Of a stretch of 64,000 bases of DNA, positions 60,546 to 64,000 are shown piece after piece. The notes beneath the pieces were generated by a model. It was not told where the DNA came from. It was given only the letters and a program-made list of their open reading frames with translations, and did not search any database. Position numbers and translations under genes: made by a program. Positions within the stretch are counted from its first letter, which is position 1; each line of letters starts with the position of its first letter. Origin of the DNA: an uncultured Planctomycetaceae bacterium (lineage in GTDB: Bacteria > Planctomycetota > Planctomycetia > Planctomycetales > Planctomycetaceae); contig CAWFGE010000020.1 of NCBI GenBank assembly GCA_963815195.1, forward strand, positions 64,001 to 128,000, in the 5' to 3' direction.

Positions 60546-61139
60546 ATGTGCAGAATGAGTATGCTCAACGAGCCAGACTGGCATGCAGCTGAATCTGTCT
60601 TAATTAACGAGGCAAAAAAAACTATAGAAGATTATGTAAGTAATTATGGCAATGAAGTCTGCTCATTCTTTGCTTTCAGCACGGATTATTGTTTCGGAGA
60701 TGTAGCAATTTGTTTTGATACCCTCGATAACAGTCTGCTGTATGCAAAGCGTCACGATCGCCACGTTTTGAAAACGCGAGCATCCGTTTTTCAAACACCG
60801 AACGGTTGGTTAACGGCTCGGGACGTCCTTTTGCATTCCAAACTATGTACTTATAACCCGCAGACGGCGGATTTTAAGTACGCCACTTTTGCTTCGTTGC
60901 GACTGCCTGATTGGGAGGATTTTTTTTGCAGTGGCGAACTGCCAGAGCAGCCTGATCCAGTAGGAAATGTTATAGTGGTCTTGCATAATGTAATCGAGGA
61001 GTTGATAGCATTCCACAGCTTCGATGCGCTGAGGATGTCCGCTCCGTTCAGAGTAGGTATTGAGTTTCCAAGAGATGATTTTGGGTTGGTCGTTATGAGG
61101 TTGTTAAATTGGCCTTCCCATGAAGGTCCAAGAGTCTAG
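60546..61139 (+). CDS. Putative cognate immunity protein (DUF4303-like)
   Basis: Acidic, low-GC ORF right after the toxin tip; FAFSTDY..GDVAICFDT. Confidence 0.6.
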   Translation: MCRMSMLNEPDWHAAESVLINEAKKTIEDYVSNYGNEVCSFFAFSTDYCFGDVAICFDTLDNSLLYAKRHDRHVLKTRASVFQTPNGWLTARDVLLHSKLCTYNPQTADFKYATFASLRLPDWEDFFCSGELPEQPDPVGNVIVVLHNVIEELIAFHSFDALRMSAPFRVGIEFPRDDFGLVVMRLLNWPSHEGPRV

Positions 61140-61292
61140 CTCGTGTATGGAAGATTTCACTCGCAAAAAGCCAAGGAATACATCAAGGCTCTGACGAAAT
61201 GGCTAGGGGAAAATCCAAATGCATCACATAATGACCGCTTGGTTGCCCAAAGCCTGCTGGATGACCTCAAGGCTGCTCTTGGAGGAAATTGA
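61140..61292 (+). pseudogene. 5'-truncated toxin C-terminal tip (Rhs-type)
   Basis: VYGRFHSQKAKEY..LTKWL.ENPNAS..DR..A..L.DDLKAALG*; not in the ORF track; ends just before the next start. Confidence 0.6.
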
Positions 61293-61293
61293 C

Positions 61294-61626
61294 GTGAAAG
61301 ACAAATCTCAAGACTTCTGCGAAGAGCTTGTTCGTCGATTTGACGACCTTGCTCCAATGTTGCAGGAACATATCGAAGACAATGATGAAATCCTTCCGCA
61401 TGTATTTATGGGGGACATCACACGATATGTTCTTTCTGATGGTTTGCAGCGGCAAGAACTTGTGCGTTGTCTCGACGACGCCTTGAGGAAAGGAGGTGAG
61501 GAGATTCAGAACCTGATTGCCGTTTCCTTCGTGGAGAATCTTGAAAGTGACGAAGAATTGGAGCGTGCATTGCGAAACGTTCAGGCAGACGCAATGCGTG
61601 AAGAATGGCGTCGTCAACGTACTTAG
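61294..61626 (+). CDS. Putative cognate immunity protein (acidic, 110 aa)
   Basis: GGAGG RBS + GTG; EHIEDNDEILPHVFMGD; NLIAVSFVENL; last base of TAG is the first base of R1 copy 2. Confidence 0.72.
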   Translation: MKDKSQDFCEELVRRFDDLAPMLQEHIEDNDEILPHVFMGDITRYVLSDGLQRQELVRCLDDALRKGGEEIQNLIAVSFVENLESDEELERALRNVQADAMREEWRRQRT

Positions 61627-61712
61627 TGGCATGCTCATGGCTCTGCATGAGCATGCGATATGATCAACCTTGGATTACTTGGAATCGAAAGACACGCGAC
61701 TTCAACCAGTGA
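61626..61712 (+). repeat. R1 copy 2 (left half only), fused to R2 at CAGTGA
   Basis: Identical to 59406-59492. Confidence 0.93.
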
Positions 61713-61852
61713 CGTAGGGCCGGCTGTGCCGGCCTTTTCGTCGAAGGGAATCATACTTATGCCCAATTGGCGGCTGGGTGTGCCGGCCATTTGGTGCGAG
61801 AAAAATCGTTGTGTCAAAAACAAAAGGCCGGCACAGCCGGCCCTACTCGGCT
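61707..61852 (+). repeat. R2 copy 2
   Basis: 145/146 identical to copy 1. Confidence 0.95.
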
Positions 61853-62030
61853 TTGCCATGCTTTCAGTCATCCTTGAAGACAGTGATTCATGGAGGCGGT
61901 TATAAAGTGATCCGTGCCCGCCGTGACGAACACGCTCTTCTCAGGCACGACCACCGGATAGCCGAATGAGTCGTCCCGAACCAGACCGGCGAAGGGCTTC
62001 ACCCGCTTGCAGAGAGCGTCGTCGTTTGCG

Positions 62031-62176
62031 CAGTGACGTAGGGCCGGCTGTGCCGGCCTTTTCGACGAAGGGAATCATACTTATGCCCAATTGGCGGCTG
62101 GGTGTGCCGGCCATTTGGTGCGAGAAAAATCGTTGTGTCAAAAACAAAAGGCCGGCACAGCCGGCCCTACTCGGCT
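62031..62176 (+). repeat. R2 copy 3
   Basis: Identical to copy 1; last base overlaps the methyltransferase stop codon. Confidence 0.95.
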
Positions 62177-63287
62177 TAATGCTTCCGGCAGATGTAGTAG
62201 TTGTTCATGATGTCGTGGTCGAGCGTGCGGACGACGACGTTTCCAAATCCGGCGTCCTCAAACATCTTCAGCGCCAGCTCTTCCCCCCAGCACGTGCCCA
62301 GCCCGCACCCGGAGTGGGCCAGCGAGACCGTCATGCAGTGCATCGTCGAGATCGTGTAGAGAAACGGTGCGACCGGGTGGTCGAGATTTTTCTCGACGTG
62401 GCTTGACGAGCGAATGTCCTGCGCGAGGAACAGCCCGTCCTCCTTGAGCGCCCGGTGGATGCCGGCGAGCATCGCGTGCGGATCGATCTGGTCGTGAATC
62501 GCATCGAAAGTGAAGATCACATCGAAGCGCTGCTCGTCATCGAGCTTCGCCGCGTCGCGGATCTCAAAGCGAACGTTGGCCAGCCCGCGCCGCTTCGCCT
62601 CGGCATTGGCCCATTCGATCGCCTCCTGGGAGAAGTCATAACCCACGAAACGGGACTGGGGAAAACGCTCTGCCAAGTGCATCAGTGCCAAACCTCGGCC
62701 GCAGCCGACGTCGACCGCCTCAATGCCCCGTTCGAGCGACTCGACCAGCCCTTCCACCAGCGGCAGGATGTGGTCATCGAGCGCCGCCACCACCGTTTGG
62801 AACGACTCTTCGGCCATGATCTCGTGAAACCGATCGAACTTCTCGTAAGGCACGCCGCCGCCGTTGTGGAAGCAGTCGAGCACGTGGTCTTCGATCTTCC
62901 CGAACATCGACATGAATTGCATGACACCCGCCAGGTTGTTGGGCGCCGCTTCGCGGGTCAGCCAGGCGGCGTGCTCGGCCGGCAAGTGGTAGCTGCGCGT
63001 GGCCGGGTCGTAGTCGATCACACGGCCGGTGACCAGGGCTCCCAGCCATTCGCGGACGTACGCGCTCGTCGAGCCCCGCCTCGTCGGCAATCTCGTGCGT
63101 GGTGGCGGGGCGATTCAGCCGCTTCAGCGTATCGAGCAGCCCGGTGCGGTGGCCGATGCTGAGCATGAACGTGAGCGAGGCCTCGTTGAGCATGCCGACC
63201 ACGCGCTCGCCAAACGCTTCGTGCCGTGCGGCGTCGAATTCGGCGGTTTCGGTGGCGGAAGAAGTGGCGGAGGTGAGGCTGAGACAT
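62176..63287 (-). CDS. Winged-helix + class I SAM methyltransferase (Rv2258c-like); frameshifts near 63283 and 63070
   Basis: SIGHRTGL, YVREWL, GGGVPY, DVGCGRG, FDAIHD, YTISTMHCMTVSLA. Confidence 0.88.
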
Positions 63288-63407
63288 GGAGATTTCCTTC
63301 CGGTTCTTAAAATTTCGCGCTACAATCAACCGGCGGTTCTGAGGCCGCCGCATCCGGTGCATTGACGCGATGCGGTAAGATTACGGCCGGTTGCGGGAGA
63401 TAGACAA

Positions 63408-63443
63408 TTGACTTGGGGTCAAGTTCGGTTGACTTGTGGTCAA
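63408..63443. promoter_or_regulatory. Tandem palindromic operator TTGAC-N5-GTCAA x2 (probable TetR sites)
   Basis: 63408-63422 and 63429-63443, 21 bp apart, between divergent methyltransferase and tetR genes. Confidence 0.75.
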
Positions 63444-63481
63444 GTCCACGGACCCCCCATTAATCTCAGGGAAGTTTTCTC

Positions 63482-64000
63482 ATGCCAGCACTCTCAACAC
63501 GCGAAAAGCTCATCCAAGCCGGACATGAAATCTTCTATCGCGAGGGATTTCTGACGGTCGGGCTCGATCGCCTGCTCAACGAAGTCGGCTGCTCGAAGCA
63601 GACCTTTTACAACCACTTTGAGAGCAAAGACGATCTGATCGTCGCCGTGATCGACGAACATCACCGCTGGTGGAGTCGCGAACTTCGCGACCGCATCCAG
63701 CGGGCCGCCGGCCCCGATCCCCGCGGGCAGATTCTGGCGATGTTCGATGTCATCGAGGAAATCATGCATGAGCCGGAGTATCGCGGCTGCATCTACATCA
63801 ATGCCGCGGTCGAGTTCCCCCAACCGCACCACCCGGCCCATCAGTCGGCTCGCAAGGCAAAAGCCGACGCCATTTCGCTGCTTGAGGATCTCGCCGAGCG
63901 GGCGGGCGCATCGGATCCGCTGGCGTTGGCCCAGGAGATCGACATGATCATCGAGGGCGCACTCATTACCCACCAAATCTTCCCGGATTGCGACGTCTGC
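63482..64000 (+). CDS. TetR/AcrR-family regulator (runs off window end)
   Basis: Read directly from sequence: MPALSTREKLIQAG..GLDRLLNEVGCSKQTFYNHFESKDDL; GCIYIN. Confidence 0.92.
   Translation, partial: MPALSTREKLIQAGHEIFYREGFLTVGLDRLLNEVGCSKQTFYNHFESKDDLIVAVIDEHHRWWSRELRDRIQRAAGPDPRGQILAMFDVIEEIMHEPEYRGCIYINAAVEFPQPHHPAHQSARKAKADAISLLEDLAERAGASDPLALAQEIDMIIEGALITHQIFPDCDVC

Noticed and set aside
59404..62176. Classical integron cassette array
   Set aside because: Repeats lack attC RYYYAAC/GTTRRRY ends, no intI is present, and the units contain truncated genes.
60096..62176. R2 direct repeats as a CRISPR array
   Set aside because: Repeats are 146 bp, spacers are 1465 and 178 bp, and no cas genes are present.
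60076..62406. Repeated small ORFs containing SDVGPAVPAF..MPNWRLG
   Set aside because: These are translations of the non-coding R2 repeat.

Overview
High-GC bacterial chromosome segment, very likely Planctomycetota (PVC-type CxxCH heme protein, DUF1501, LEPR-like secreted heme peroxidase, Sua5-like/LMW-PTP fusion, planctomycete-type LptD). Most of it is core or semi-core: nuoC/D, glgA, lptD plus a SurA-like PPIase, argG, gcvH/PA/PB plus a lipoate ligase, rpiB, a wzm-wzt-GT-gmd polysaccharide locus, hemD, ilvD and four sensor kinases. It also holds an IS630 and an ISKra4-like IS. More than a dozen single-base frameshifts, several in housekeeping genes, point to uncorrected read indels, so split ORFs are treated as genes. 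The most notable structure is a ~3.3 kb island at 58845-62176. It is built from three near-identical 146-bp GTAG-REP doublets (REPIN-like), one diverged inverted copy, and a second palindromic element. These repeats delimit three modules, each a 5'-truncated polymorphic-toxin-like tip followed by an intact immunity-like gene, plus two other truncated gene fragments. Most breakpoints sit exactly at repeat ends, which suggests a repeat-mediated immunity-gene capture array. Also notable: a kinase-less protein with four near-identical PAS domains coupled to a sensor-less kinase with His-bearing heptad repeats; five consecutive polysaccharide genes ending in a C-terminal -AA (possible ClpXP degron); and an IS630 inserted at the CTAG of a REP-like element. 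No rRNA, tRNA or CRISPR array was seen. Family names come from motif recognition, not database searches.
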